A DNA stretch of 64,000 nucleotides from a virus, in IMG/VR virus record IMGVR_UViG_3300043427_003610, positions 1 through 64,000 of that record. One strand, 5' to 3'. A model generated the notes under the pieces. It searched no databases and was not told the DNA's origin. It saw nothing but the letters and a program-made list of their open reading frames with translations. Position 1 is the stretch's first letter; each line of letters begins with the position of its first letter. Both the position numbers and the translations under genes were made by a program. Positions 45,701-53,924 of the stretch are shown piece after piece.

Positions 45701-47124
45701 TGGGAGCGTTTGGCGACGTCCGCACCAAGGATGACCTCCAGGAGCTTGCGCGTCTTGAAGGCGTACTGGAAGAACAGCGAAAGCAAGCCATTGAGGTCGT
45801 TGACGACTATATCGACACCGAGGTGAGGCGGACGACGCGTGGTCGCGAGATAGCCCGGGCTGGTCAGAGCACTAATCTAGACCTGCAACTTGCTGGCAAT
45901 CGTGAGCAGGCGTTGCTGCAGGCGCGGCTCGGTAGCCTGCAGTCAGATCCGCGCATGGCCAAGCAAGCGCTTGACACGCAGCTTGAGCTGTTGACGGTAC
46001 AGCGCAACGTTCGTGTGGCCGTAGCGACAAGCACTAGGGATAACGCGATTGAAACTGCGCGGAACAACCTGGCGGCAGGTAGTGTTGAGTTGGGGCAGGC
46101 AATCGCTGACGCCACGGCGACGTTTGATCGCGAGGTGCAATCGGCGAACTCTGAACGAGCCCTCGGAGCCTACGGGCAAGTGTCGCAAATCAACACGCAG
46201 CTTACCCGTCGTCGGCAGGAAGAGGCGAATCAGCTGGTGCAGGACCTGACCAGCCCGCTTGCGGAGTTGCTGAGCAGCTCGAAGAACTTCTCTCGGGCAG
46301 GTTACGAGCGGGCGTTCGAGGGCGTTGGGCAGGCGGCGCAGCGCCGCCTGGTCGACATGTTCATGAAGAACACCTTCAGCGAGACCGGGATGCTCGGGGC
46401 GACGCTTCGAGACGCGTTCAACACTGGTGCGCTGTCTACGCAGACGGCGATCGAGGCCGGGTTCACCGCAGGGGTGGCTCAGCTGCAGGCCGCGATGGCT
46501 GGCCAGCTGCCCGGACAACTGTACAATGGTGAGGGCGCGATTACGTTTGGTGGTACCGGGGGCGCTGATGGTGCGGCGGCGGCTGGGTCCCAGGTTGCTG
46601 GTAAGCTGACGATGAGGCAGCGCCTCGGGAACTTCGCCAACGCGGCGCTCCCGCTGGCCGGGTCGTTGCTTGGTGGTTCGATCAATACGGGCGTCGACAA
46701 CTCGTCGGCTGGAGAGGGTGCGGCGATCGGTGCCATGATCGGTAACATGATCGTGCCTGGCCTTGGCGGCCTGGCGGGCGGTCTGCTCGGCGGCCTCTTT
46801 GGAAGCCGGATCGGAAAGGGCGATGACGCCCAGGAACTGCAGGTTTCGGCCCTGGAGCGCATTGAGCGTAACACCAGGCAGCAGATCGAGGCGATTGAGA
46901 ACCAGACGAAGATGCTCACGCTGGACAGCCGGTTCATGAACGTGCCGACCGGCTTCACGGTCCCTGGGTTCCGCCCGTTCGGCGTTGGCGGTGGCGACGT
47001 GAATCTTACGGTGAACATCAGCGGAACGAAGGGTGATGCGCAGGAAACGGCTGATCTGGTGTCGTCGGCCATCCGGCGCGAGCTGCGCGGCCTCGGCACG
47101 AGCTACAACGTCCTGAATAACTAA
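39766..47124 (+). CDS. Tape measure protein (2452 aa)
   Basis: Very long Ala/Gly/Leu-rich helical ORF; TP901-like core (AVSAQDLSNAIQRAGS..RVTGEQAATSLRFIISRL); Gly-rich C-terminus. Confidence 0.9.
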   Translation: MATSGLNYLISVQLDQLQGLQKLHDTIVGIQQLSQKGADFNVRVNASSLSALTREISDSVSKGFGRASANVASGGTSGPSVSVDTTKLESSISRLAEVVGRMGTGGGGGVAAPPSASRMSTASRNVLRELDEVIKMYDDVLAQRAEMTKEMAAKLRRYVTKISDPGAGEAGIRQDLLDFRERVASRAGRYGGSGTPGVAVDASVLKQVFESGSQQLAGAMRKGIEDATAGLSAAITDAVLKGFAGGGGGGGSPYASSLGAPEGAVARVANRYLGGLSTRDQGLFVDAAAGGVMALPQQYKELLTLRVRSTGEVLRIEEQIGALIRRRGKGQDLVASATDDQSRERYQRGVDKLQAEIAQAYLDKDRAITAALNRQIDSAVVQYRAVLAGQRGSNQITPDEYKRKIGALSYADERRQSLESNNPNINREMLLLPDALAQYIRETLTKYVEQVKRFKTSGQAIDPTLLSELQSNDFLANIAGRAPTDNAQAAAILKRLVPVAAEFGRTKTTYEFLKQRATIGLPTFNPNLNVDTAPYLPGEDDPGRLPMEDRERYLKTFLARGGMFASQTAERKAYAEKQLELMYQQQRAGTLGEVGERRLLDYQRELEFGGRYYYPQSGMARGIMSNGILMAPQESARVRGGGARSEVIGGSLGAAQAALSSETKAAQELYQAMGYVEGALGRVTRAIGDLGKVKFDPIVAEFQKLSAVLQPYAASLERVSKALDMQYAAKKITDAKAKQEAVEQAKTAGLADRLALAQSLGISVAGPAFAAPRPGSQSASGIPLISQDPETLRAMVLRGAKQIAGLQAKSQDLLSLEAAQLAAGLPSAATARRLGQTGAQYNATLGTFATNASALAGMDPRFFGRSSQDVIAASSGLLGAQGRSVQLGDEIRVLKTSLEQFKEIQGELKRLEGNKSDSANLRRQSLTDLRNKLVETRDASLDRLLKGGVLQPGEASSNTAKVLDTLKTKQRELNAEVAKYSDLLLKTTENSVKAEMAGGGFLDRVINKFQNLSAYLFAGGALFTIANQLRQASAAAIGLEADIARIQGVLSSKSAGQAGIIGSGIMGAASDYGVDLRQAVQSGKIFAQTGATPSQTVELTRAALAAQVGAGLEAGQATELLIAVENITNRQVKAFDILDRISKIESQYAVSAQDLSNAIQRAGSLATQLQPQALGAVDALDLIIGSATTIIERTRVTGEQAATSLRFIISRLAAPEVSRSLQDRFGIKLAGDDPNTLRPLQDILKDVADRYRQLRESGQTVQAQQLLTTFAGARQSNVAAALLEGFNDALRIAQESSLAYGDTQERVKIQLDTLQSKFEQFNTAFTGFAASLFNDTGLSAILKRLLDAGTAGLQASSSGLGAIGVGAGLGLTSMIARTGSTALLTAATNPGAARLTTTVAGGAATLLGGAGSVAATGGTILAIVGALELAARSLERIAKREDVRTAERFDRDMFRESPFFQAYQERALQFGLSTDDMSATFRAALTKADTQVQKELAAGTLRQDQSYNRTTLLLVEELDKTIPGFATLGDQAQRTAKALELLRESARYSAAIPQTYTNEFIKDLDNLTSEFDKSAPDLGRALRNSLTAYAAPGGIRNSLGLQQYTYRFNINEFSKQFMYAGRNWLNVGGLTAAGTGNTFQNLIRQGGVGNEIATLDNYARQFLLVSGTQRARLETIESQLRAQNKPVNATTVQGVLNADRSLTDAQRQNFGTAYYRLGNQRQLSDQIIQSMNTALGNERGQRLVQMYRDSGAIGTEPGEVFATAFRSAIEDARKKLIEFARSSNYSTAEIAELNAQLNRMADSSGRAAKMANLAITSISVRDRMFEPIVAYGSQMAEIGTRERISRRFGTSFDGVGARSQAAQQLLVGLDQVPMRLLQDRIREAARLVAGGTGTMTAEIPLTEDGGGARGSRVRLTESAMVNGFLLGRSDDIAKVNALKDQYISATQQGLGGFIEQGMNSDNAQLAAVAMNLKDALDALGAFGDVRTKDDLQELARLEGVLEEQRKQAIEVVDDYIDTEVRRTTRGREIARAGQSTNLDLQLAGNREQALLQARLGSLQSDPRMAKQALDTQLELLTVQRNVRVAVATSTRDNAIETARNNLAAGSVELGQAIADATATFDREVQSANSERALGAYGQVSQINTQLTRRRQEEANQLVQDLTSPLAELLSSSKNFSRAGYERAFEGVGQAAQRRLVDMFMKNTFSETGMLGATLRDAFNTGALSTQTAIEAGFTAGVAQLQAAMAGQLPGQLYNGEGAITFGGTGGADGAAAAGSQVAGKLTMRQRLGNFANAALPLAGSLLGGSINTGVDNSSAGEGAAIGAMIGNMIVPGLGGLAGGLLGGLFGSRIGKGDDAQELQVSALERIERNTRQQIEAIENQTKMLTLDSRFMNVPTGFTVPGFRPFGVGGGDVNLTVNISGTKGDAQETADLVSSAIRRELRGLGTSYNVLNN

Positions 47125-47135
47125 GCTGCAACTTA

Positions 47136-47178
47136 CGAACAGCTCCCCGTGACTCGACTTATTAGAGTCACGGGGAGT
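47136..47178 (+). promoter_or_regulatory. 14-bp hairpin with class II box CGACTTATT (47155-47163) in its loop
   Basis: GCTCCCCGTGACTC-GACTTATTA-GAGTCACGGGGAGT. Confidence 0.65.
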
Positions 47179-47206
47179 GCCGCATAGGGGAGTTTTCTAG
47201 TGCAAC

Positions 47207-47243
47207 GGCGTCCCGTGTCTTTCAGGCCACGGAACGCCTTTTT
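47207..47243 (+). terminator. Imperfect terminator-like hairpin with U-tract
   Basis: GGCGTCCCGTG..CACGGAACGCC-TTTTT. Confidence 0.55.
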
Positions 47244-47260
47244 GCGTTAGGGGGATTGGG

Positions 47261-47989
47261 ATGCCGACGACGTTGACGACTGCCCCGCTGAACGGGTTCT
47301 ACATCGCGATGGCGGATGCCGCTGGCGCGAAGACGGCCCGGGAGACTCGGCTCAATCCAGCCCCGGTGCGCGTGGATTACCCGAACCGTACGCTCGGGGA
47401 GATGATCGAGACCGCGGACGGCCGGGTCGTGGTCCAGGTCTCGAACAAGGACCCCCGTCGGCGCTCCTGGATGTGGGCCAACATGGGCCCCGAAATGACC
47501 ATTGCGGAGCGCCAGCACCGGTGGCTCCAGCAGCTGGTCGCCCGCACCCGCCTCGCCCTCGGCCTCCCCCAGTACGTGTATGTCTACGACGGGGTGACTG
47601 GCCTCATGAACGTGAACCGGTCGCTGACGATTACGCCCTCTTCGCTGAGCGGCGACCGGCTGACCATCACGGTTCCGACCACCGTCTCCCAGGTCTATGC
47701 CCCGAACCTGGTCCACGGTGTCGTCGAAGTCCTCAACAACCCCAGCGGCGGCAGCAGCTTCCCGTACGAGCGCCGGTCCATCGTGTCGGCCACGAGCACG
47801 ACGCTGGTCCTGGATACCGCCTTGAGCGGCACTCTGGGCACCAGCCAGATCATCGTGACCTGGTCCGAGCCTGCCTGGTGGAAGGCCCGCATCCTGGACA
47901 CTACCCGCGAGCTGCGGACCGAAGGCGGCCCGCCGCGCTACACACAGAGCATGCTCACGTTCGTTCTTGAAGAGGAGATCCCGGCCTAA
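47261..47989 (+). CDS. Distal tail protein candidate
   Basis: First gene after the TMP; beta-rich. Confidence 0.55.
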   Translation: MPTTLTTAPLNGFYIAMADAAGAKTARETRLNPAPVRVDYPNRTLGEMIETADGRVVVQVSNKDPRRRSWMWANMGPEMTIAERQHRWLQQLVARTRLALGLPQYVYVYDGVTGLMNVNRSLTITPSSLSGDRLTITVPTTVSQVYAPNLVHGVVEVLNNPSGGSSFPYERRSIVSATSTTLVLDTALSGTLGTSQIIVTWSEPAWWKARILDTTRELRTEGGPPRYTQSMLTFVLEEEIPA

Positions 47990-50900
47990 TGCGCCCATCG
48001 CCTACGCCGTCGACCTTCTTTGCGGCGGACCAGGACTGGCTCTTTCGGGTTCGCACGTGGGATACGCCGCAGACAACGCTCGAGAATGACACCGCCTCCG
48101 CCGGGATGCGGCTGCGTGTCTACCAGCCGATCGCGGAGACGACGAACTGGACGACCTACGCGGACGCCCTGAAGGCCGTCGCGGACGGCAGCTCGCCCGA
48201 GACGGCTTTCACCAGCGCGACCTACGCGACCTCGGCGCTCAAGAACAGCTCCGGCACGCCCGTGGACGGTCGTTGGCCGCTGGTCCAGGCCTATTGGGGC
48301 AGTGGTGCCCCGAACTGGTGGGGCGGGGCCCGCTCTCGGCGGGTCGCACTCTGCTACCAGGGCACGATCGTCCCGGCCGCGCAGCGCGCGTGGCTCTCGG
48401 CCAGTAACGACTACACCTTCGCGCTCGCCGGGTCCGGCTGGGCGCGTATCGACGTGGTCGACGGTGTCACCCGGACCACGATCTTCCGCGGGGACTTGTC
48501 CGAGCCGGTCTTCCTGAGCGCCGGGTTTAGCTACTCCAAGACCCACACCTTCACGGCCACCAGCGAGCTGCACGTCTACTACGTTCAGACCACGAACGAG
48601 CCGTGGGGTGGCCTGGTGGTCAAGGCGATCGCCGGAAGCCGTCCTACGGGCCTTTCCGCCAACGGAACGGCCATGTCCTACACGGGCACGGCTGCGACGG
48701 AGGCGATTGCGGCTGCGGCCCCGGTGGCCAGCTGCGGCCTGTTCTCCTATGCGGCGGTCTCGCCGGTCATCCTGCCGTTCATCGAGTCGGTCAACGTCGT
48801 CCAGGAGCCTGGGGCGGCGACCCGGGCGGATATCGAGATCCCGCTCGTCAACCCGAACGTGAACGACGGGAACGGATGGACCTTCTATCAGTCCGATCCG
48901 GAGTTGGATCCGGGTTCCCTGCGGGTCTATGACGGCGGCACCCTGACCCACACGCTCAAGCGGAAGCGGCTCATCCAGCTCCAGGTGGCCCGCAACGCCA
49001 CCAGCCCGTCCTGGTCGACGATCTTCACCGGCGTGGTGGACGACTTTGACGGCGGCGGCGGTAAGGGTCGCATGACGATCCGCTGTGTCAGCTTCGAAGG
49101 ACGCATGGTCGAGCAGTTCGAGCAGGCCCCGGATCGCATCAGCTACATGGCTCGCGGCTTCCGGGTGCTGGACTACGAGCGCTCCGCCCCGGCCGACCGC
49201 AAGGAGCCGGTCTACAACGTCCCCGCCTTCGACAACTGGCCGCTGGAATGGGCTATCGAGGAGATGGGGAACCGGGCCGGAATCGATCCCAGTTGCTTCA
49301 GGAAGGCCTACCAGGCGGTCAAGAGTGACGGGACAGGGGCAAGCGTCACGCTGCCCTGGGGAACGGCCCAGCGCTTCGCCGCCCGGTCCCTGTCGGGCGA
49401 GCAGGTCCGCCTGCCCCGGCCCGTGCATTACGGGAATGTCGGGCTCTCCTTCACGGAGAAGCGGCCCTACGACGACGACTACGTCTTCAAGATCGAGCCG
49501 ACCAAGGACCTCTGGTCTCGTGTCCGGGAGCTGACCGACAAGCTCGGATACGTGTGCCGGTTCGACGTGGAAGGCGCGGCGATCCTGTACCCGGCGACCT
49601 CGCCGTCCTTTGTCCGTGAGTTGGTGGTGGCTGACGCGACCTCCGGCGGCGTCAACGTCACGGCGGTCACCAACCCCTCGGCGTACGGGGCCAAGTACCT
49701 CCAGGTCGCTACGAACACCGCCGCCACCCTGCAAGCCACGGTCTCGGCCTCCCGCATCGACGTGTCCTTCCCGCGCATCACCGGGGCCCGCAACTGGACG
49801 GCCACGGTCACGCGGGTGTCGGACTCGACGGTGGTCTTTACCGGGACGATCAGCCAGACCAGCTCCGCGGCCTCGCTCGAGCTGTTCTTCGACGCGACCG
49901 TGGCCCAGCCGGGCAGCAATAGCACGGTGGTCACGCTGTACTCCGGCGACTACACCAGCTACCAGGTCACCCTCACGGCTGCGTCGGCGGCGAGCCTGGC
50001 CTACGTGGACTGCCTGCTCTGCTACGCGCAGGACCCGGACACGGCCAAGCTCCCGACCCTGTCGACCTCGGACGCGGCCCTCTCGGTGGCGCTCAGGTCC
50101 CAGCAGGACGCGGTCCGGAATAAGGTCACGATCGTGGGCCGCCGGAAGGCCGCGGTGACCGACAGCGACAAGTTCGACGAAGCCCAGGGGCCGACCGAGC
50201 AGGAGTTCGTGGTCCAGAACGCGGTGGACATTAACTCGATCTCGAATCCGTCGGCCCTCAACTACATCGGCTACTTGAAGCAGGCCGTGATCTACGACGA
50301 GTCGATCGCGGACGACGGGCTCGCCCGCTACCTGGCCCAGGTCTTCATCTACCGCCAGTCCGTGCCCCGGGCAGGTACGAACGTGACGCACACGCTGCTC
50401 CCCATGCTCGAGCCTGGCGACCCGGTCGCCGTCAACGAGTCGATGTTCGACACGATGACCTCGAGCATGACGCAGTACGTGCGGAAGGTGAGCCACCAGA
50501 TCGCCGCTAACAAGTTCACGACGACGGTCGAGACCGAGGCCTGGCCGGACTACCCGGCCTACCAGCCCCGCACGGACATCAACCTGGCCGACTTTAACAA
50601 CAAGCCGGTCACGGGCATGACAATCAACTACGTGTCCATCAGCGGCCAGACCATTACGGACCCTGGTGCGGACGACGTCAAGCGGGTCGAGGGCAATCTG
50701 GTCGAGCAGTCCAACGTCACGTTCACGGGCAGCACGCTGAACGTGAACACGGGTCTGCAGTGGCCGCCGGTGCCGGGCACGTTCCAGATCAAGCCGAACT
50801 ACGTCGCAGGAACGACACGCACCGCGGTGCAGACAGATCGAGCAGACGTCACCGGCTCCTGGGCTACGGGCGCACGGCTGCACACGTTCACCATGAGCGA

Positions 50901-53900
50901 AGACTGGTTCTTTTCCGGTCTCCTGGTGAAGCTGTACAAGGCCGATGGTAGCCTGACGTTGTCGTCCTCTGCAACAGACGGAAATGTCAGCCGCACGGGG
51001 TACTTCTACTATCACGTGGCCGATCGCACGGTCACCGTGTTCCGCGGATCGAAGGCGTTCACCAGCACGGAAAGCCAGTACGTCCGGGGCGAGGCTGTTC
51101 TGCAGTACACCCGCTCGACCGGCGACGCGCGTAACGCCTGGCTGACCAACAATCCGTATCACCGCTTCCTCAACATCAACTACACGGACGCGGCGAGCCC
51201 GCGCGTGCAGCTTCCCTGGGAGCAGACCACCGGTGTCACGCGCGACGACGGCATCACGTCCTTCAACGTCCGCTACAGGAGTCTGTTCGAGGACGTGGGT
51301 CGTACCGATCCGAACGGTGCTGCTATCGGTGGCGTCGCGCAGAGCCCGTTCTACGACCCGTACACCAGCGAGCTGGGCTACCTGGTGTCCTTCCGGTGCT
51401 CGGTGCTGGCCGAAGGCCTCTACCGTGTGTCCATCCGCAACTGGGAAGACGACACGATCGTCGCCTGGCTGACCAACCCCGCGGGTGACGCGTCCGAGCC
51501 GGAAGAGCACTGGGAGTACCTCCCAGTCATGGCTAACCGCCAGTTCACATGGGATGGCGTCGACCAGCTCGGGATTTGGAATGCTACCCAGTCTGAGCTG
51601 TATTCCACGCTGGTGGAGGGCACCTTCGAGGACGGCGAGCGGCCGCGCGTCGGGAGGGGCTACTACTGCTGGAATCGGGAGATCAGTGGTGGTGACCTGG
51701 GCCCGCTGGCGTACATCTGGATGCAGCGTGACCCGAGCACCGGCCTGCCGTACATCGGGCAGGGTACGTATGGCCGCTGGTACGTCTTCGTCGAGGCGCA
51801 GACCACGACGGACGCCGAGAACGAGGTCAGCAGCCGCGACAGTGACCTGGCCATCCTGACGCACCTGCCGGAGCCGACCAAGGTCGAGCTGTCGGTCCAG
51901 GATTGGAGCGGCAGCGCCTGGGTCACCCCGACCACTGGCGTCTCGACCTCCACCATTGGCGCCTACATCAACAACACGAAGCCGGTTCGTATTCGCTTCC
52001 GGGTCGCGCAGCGCCCTGGTCAGCTCTGGACTGCGACCAATAAGGGCGAGGTGTCGGTCAAGCTCACGCGCGAGGCGCATCTGCGTGCGGTCCTGGCCGA
52101 CCAGACGGTGGTCTATCGCGGGAAGGAGTTTGCCGGGACCAGTGTCGAAGACCGGGCGATCTATAACCGCCGCTTGGTGAACGACGAGCACACCCGGCAG
52201 TACGTCGACACCGGCTACCGGAAGGCCAAGACCTTCAAGTGGAACGATGGTACCGATACCGGCGACGCCGTGACGGAGTGGGTGTTCCAGCCCTCGGATT
52301 TCAAGAAGGACTTCATGATCCAGGGCTACGAGGAGTCTCTCGAATTCGGCAATTACCTGCAGCTTGAGGAAGTGCCTGAGTGGAACGGCACTCGCGAGCT
52401 GACGGCAGCGCGTGCCCGGCTCCACTTCGCGCTGATGAGCTACCTGTTCTACCTGTCGGCCTATGTGACCGACCGGTCCGGGCGCTCGAGCTGGGGCATC
52501 AACCGGAGCTTCGTCGACAAGTCCAAGATCTACATCAACACGGCAACCCTCGATTGGCCGACGGACCCCATGTACGAGCATCGTCGAACGGTGGTCTGCC
52601 GTCAGTGGACGGAAGAGACTGCTTGGAAGACCGGCCAGCTGTCGACGTTCGGCTATGACGCCAACACGCTGTTCAACCAGCTGTTGCAGGCGTTCTGGTG
52701 GCAGCACGATGTCACTTCGATAACGATCGGCACCGGTATGGTGTTTTGGGGTGACTATGTGTTGCCTACTGATCCCTACTCCAACTTCCACGTGGTGTCT
52801 GGGAGCGGGTTGTCTGAGCCGTTTGTGTTGCCGAACACCTACACCATCTACAACCGGCAGCTCGGCAACGTGGTGTCTGGTGCCCCGACGTGCTTGCTGG
52901 GCAAGCGCACGACGGCGCAGGGCGGTGGGACGCTCACTGGCAGCTGGAACTGGGAGTCCAGCCCGATCTGGATTCCCAACATTACGCGAGACCTGCACCC
53001 GTTCTTCCTGCTGCCGCCGATGATCTCGCCTCCCAAGCCTGCGGGTACGACCCCGGCATGGGGTCTTGAGCGCGATTATCGTCCGATCAACTGCTACTGG
53101 ACGATCGGTGGGCCGGACGTATCGGTGAGGGGACGTGGTGGATACGACCAAAGCGGATCGGTAACGAACTCGTACTACGTCACGAGTGACGCCGCCGCGG
53201 CCGAGACGTGGACCAGCCCTGTGGGAGACTTCACGTACTCGACCTCCCGCTTCTGGCCTGGACAGTCGGTAGACGTGAAGGAGAAGCCGTTCAAGGACTT
53301 GAGTGCCTCCGACAAGGCGAAGTTCATGAACTATGTTCGCCAGGACGAGATGGTGCACTACGAGGACCTGCGCGGCGTCTACAGCCGCGGCCGCTATCCG
53401 ACGGCTCCGGCGGTTAAGGTCCCGGCGGGCTCGGCGTACTACCTCAATCCGTTCCGCTATTTGGGCATCGAAGTCAGCAACACCCTCAACGATTCCCCGT
53501 ATCCGCAGTATCACGTGATCGTGGATCGCCAGGCCTTGTCGACGGGAATTGAGTGGTTCCGTACGGCCTTCCGCAGCGAGTACGTCTGGGAGTCGGGGTC
53601 GATGTTCCCGAGCAGCCTGACCGGCCGCGAGCGGCTGGAAGGTGTGCTCTGGTGGCGGCACCGGTACTCGACGGTGGTGCCGAGCACGCTCTACTACGAC
53701 TTCGGCGCCTGGACGGGCTGGAAGGACGACCGCCTGGCCTCGCTGGGTGCCGCGGCCGTCGTGGGCGGCAAGCGGACGGGCGGTGACTACACCTCGACAA
53801 ATATCACAGTCGGCAACCCCTTCACCACGGGCTTCATGCCGGTCGGCGTCGGGCCGGTCCTGCCGGAGACGACAGAGCTGGTCTGTCACATGATTCTTCT

Positions 53901-53922
53901 CAACGAACGGCGTGGGAGCTAA
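47989..53922 (+). CDS. Large tail tip/baseplate hub protein (1977 aa), PA14-like segment near the N-terminus
   Basis: IFTGVVDDF..MTIRCVSFEG, VRNKVTIVG, PMLEPGDPVAV hub-like motifs. Confidence 0.7.
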   Translation: MRPSPTPSTFFAADQDWLFRVRTWDTPQTTLENDTASAGMRLRVYQPIAETTNWTTYADALKAVADGSSPETAFTSATYATSALKNSSGTPVDGRWPLVQAYWGSGAPNWWGGARSRRVALCYQGTIVPAAQRAWLSASNDYTFALAGSGWARIDVVDGVTRTTIFRGDLSEPVFLSAGFSYSKTHTFTATSELHVYYVQTTNEPWGGLVVKAIAGSRPTGLSANGTAMSYTGTAATEAIAAAAPVASCGLFSYAAVSPVILPFIESVNVVQEPGAATRADIEIPLVNPNVNDGNGWTFYQSDPELDPGSLRVYDGGTLTHTLKRKRLIQLQVARNATSPSWSTIFTGVVDDFDGGGGKGRMTIRCVSFEGRMVEQFEQAPDRISYMARGFRVLDYERSAPADRKEPVYNVPAFDNWPLEWAIEEMGNRAGIDPSCFRKAYQAVKSDGTGASVTLPWGTAQRFAARSLSGEQVRLPRPVHYGNVGLSFTEKRPYDDDYVFKIEPTKDLWSRVRELTDKLGYVCRFDVEGAAILYPATSPSFVRELVVADATSGGVNVTAVTNPSAYGAKYLQVATNTAATLQATVSASRIDVSFPRITGARNWTATVTRVSDSTVVFTGTISQTSSAASLELFFDATVAQPGSNSTVVTLYSGDYTSYQVTLTAASAASLAYVDCLLCYAQDPDTAKLPTLSTSDAALSVALRSQQDAVRNKVTIVGRRKAAVTDSDKFDEAQGPTEQEFVVQNAVDINSISNPSALNYIGYLKQAVIYDESIADDGLARYLAQVFIYRQSVPRAGTNVTHTLLPMLEPGDPVAVNESMFDTMTSSMTQYVRKVSHQIAANKFTTTVETEAWPDYPAYQPRTDINLADFNNKPVTGMTINYVSISGQTITDPGADDVKRVEGNLVEQSNVTFTGSTLNVNTGLQWPPVPGTFQIKPNYVAGTTRTAVQTDRADVTGSWATGARLHTFTMSEDWFFSGLLVKLYKADGSLTLSSSATDGNVSRTGYFYYHVADRTVTVFRGSKAFTSTESQYVRGEAVLQYTRSTGDARNAWLTNNPYHRFLNINYTDAASPRVQLPWEQTTGVTRDDGITSFNVRYRSLFEDVGRTDPNGAAIGGVAQSPFYDPYTSELGYLVSFRCSVLAEGLYRVSIRNWEDDTIVAWLTNPAGDASEPEEHWEYLPVMANRQFTWDGVDQLGIWNATQSELYSTLVEGTFEDGERPRVGRGYYCWNREISGGDLGPLAYIWMQRDPSTGLPYIGQGTYGRWYVFVEAQTTTDAENEVSSRDSDLAILTHLPEPTKVELSVQDWSGSAWVTPTTGVSTSTIGAYINNTKPVRIRFRVAQRPGQLWTATNKGEVSVKLTREAHLRAVLADQTVVYRGKEFAGTSVEDRAIYNRRLVNDEHTRQYVDTGYRKAKTFKWNDGTDTGDAVTEWVFQPSDFKKDFMIQGYEESLEFGNYLQLEEVPEWNGTRELTAARARLHFALMSYLFYLSAYVTDRSGRSSWGINRSFVDKSKIYINTATLDWPTDPMYEHRRTVVCRQWTEETAWKTGQLSTFGYDANTLFNQLLQAFWWQHDVTSITIGTGMVFWGDYVLPTDPYSNFHVVSGSGLSEPFVLPNTYTIYNRQLGNVVSGAPTCLLGKRTTAQGGGTLTGSWNWESSPIWIPNITRDLHPFFLLPPMISPPKPAGTTPAWGLERDYRPINCYWTIGGPDVSVRGRGGYDQSGSVTNSYYVTSDAAAAETWTSPVGDFTYSTSRFWPGQSVDVKEKPFKDLSASDKAKFMNYVRQDEMVHYEDLRGVYSRGRYPTAPAVKVPAGSAYYLNPFRYLGIEVSNTLNDSPYPQYHVIVDRQALSTGIEWFRTAFRSEYVWESGSMFPSSLTGRERLEGVLWWRHRYSTVVPSTLYYDFGAWTGWKDDRLASLGAAAVVGGKRTGGDYTSTNITVGNPFTTGFMPVGVGPVLPETTELVCHMILLNERRGS

Positions 53923-53924
53923 CG

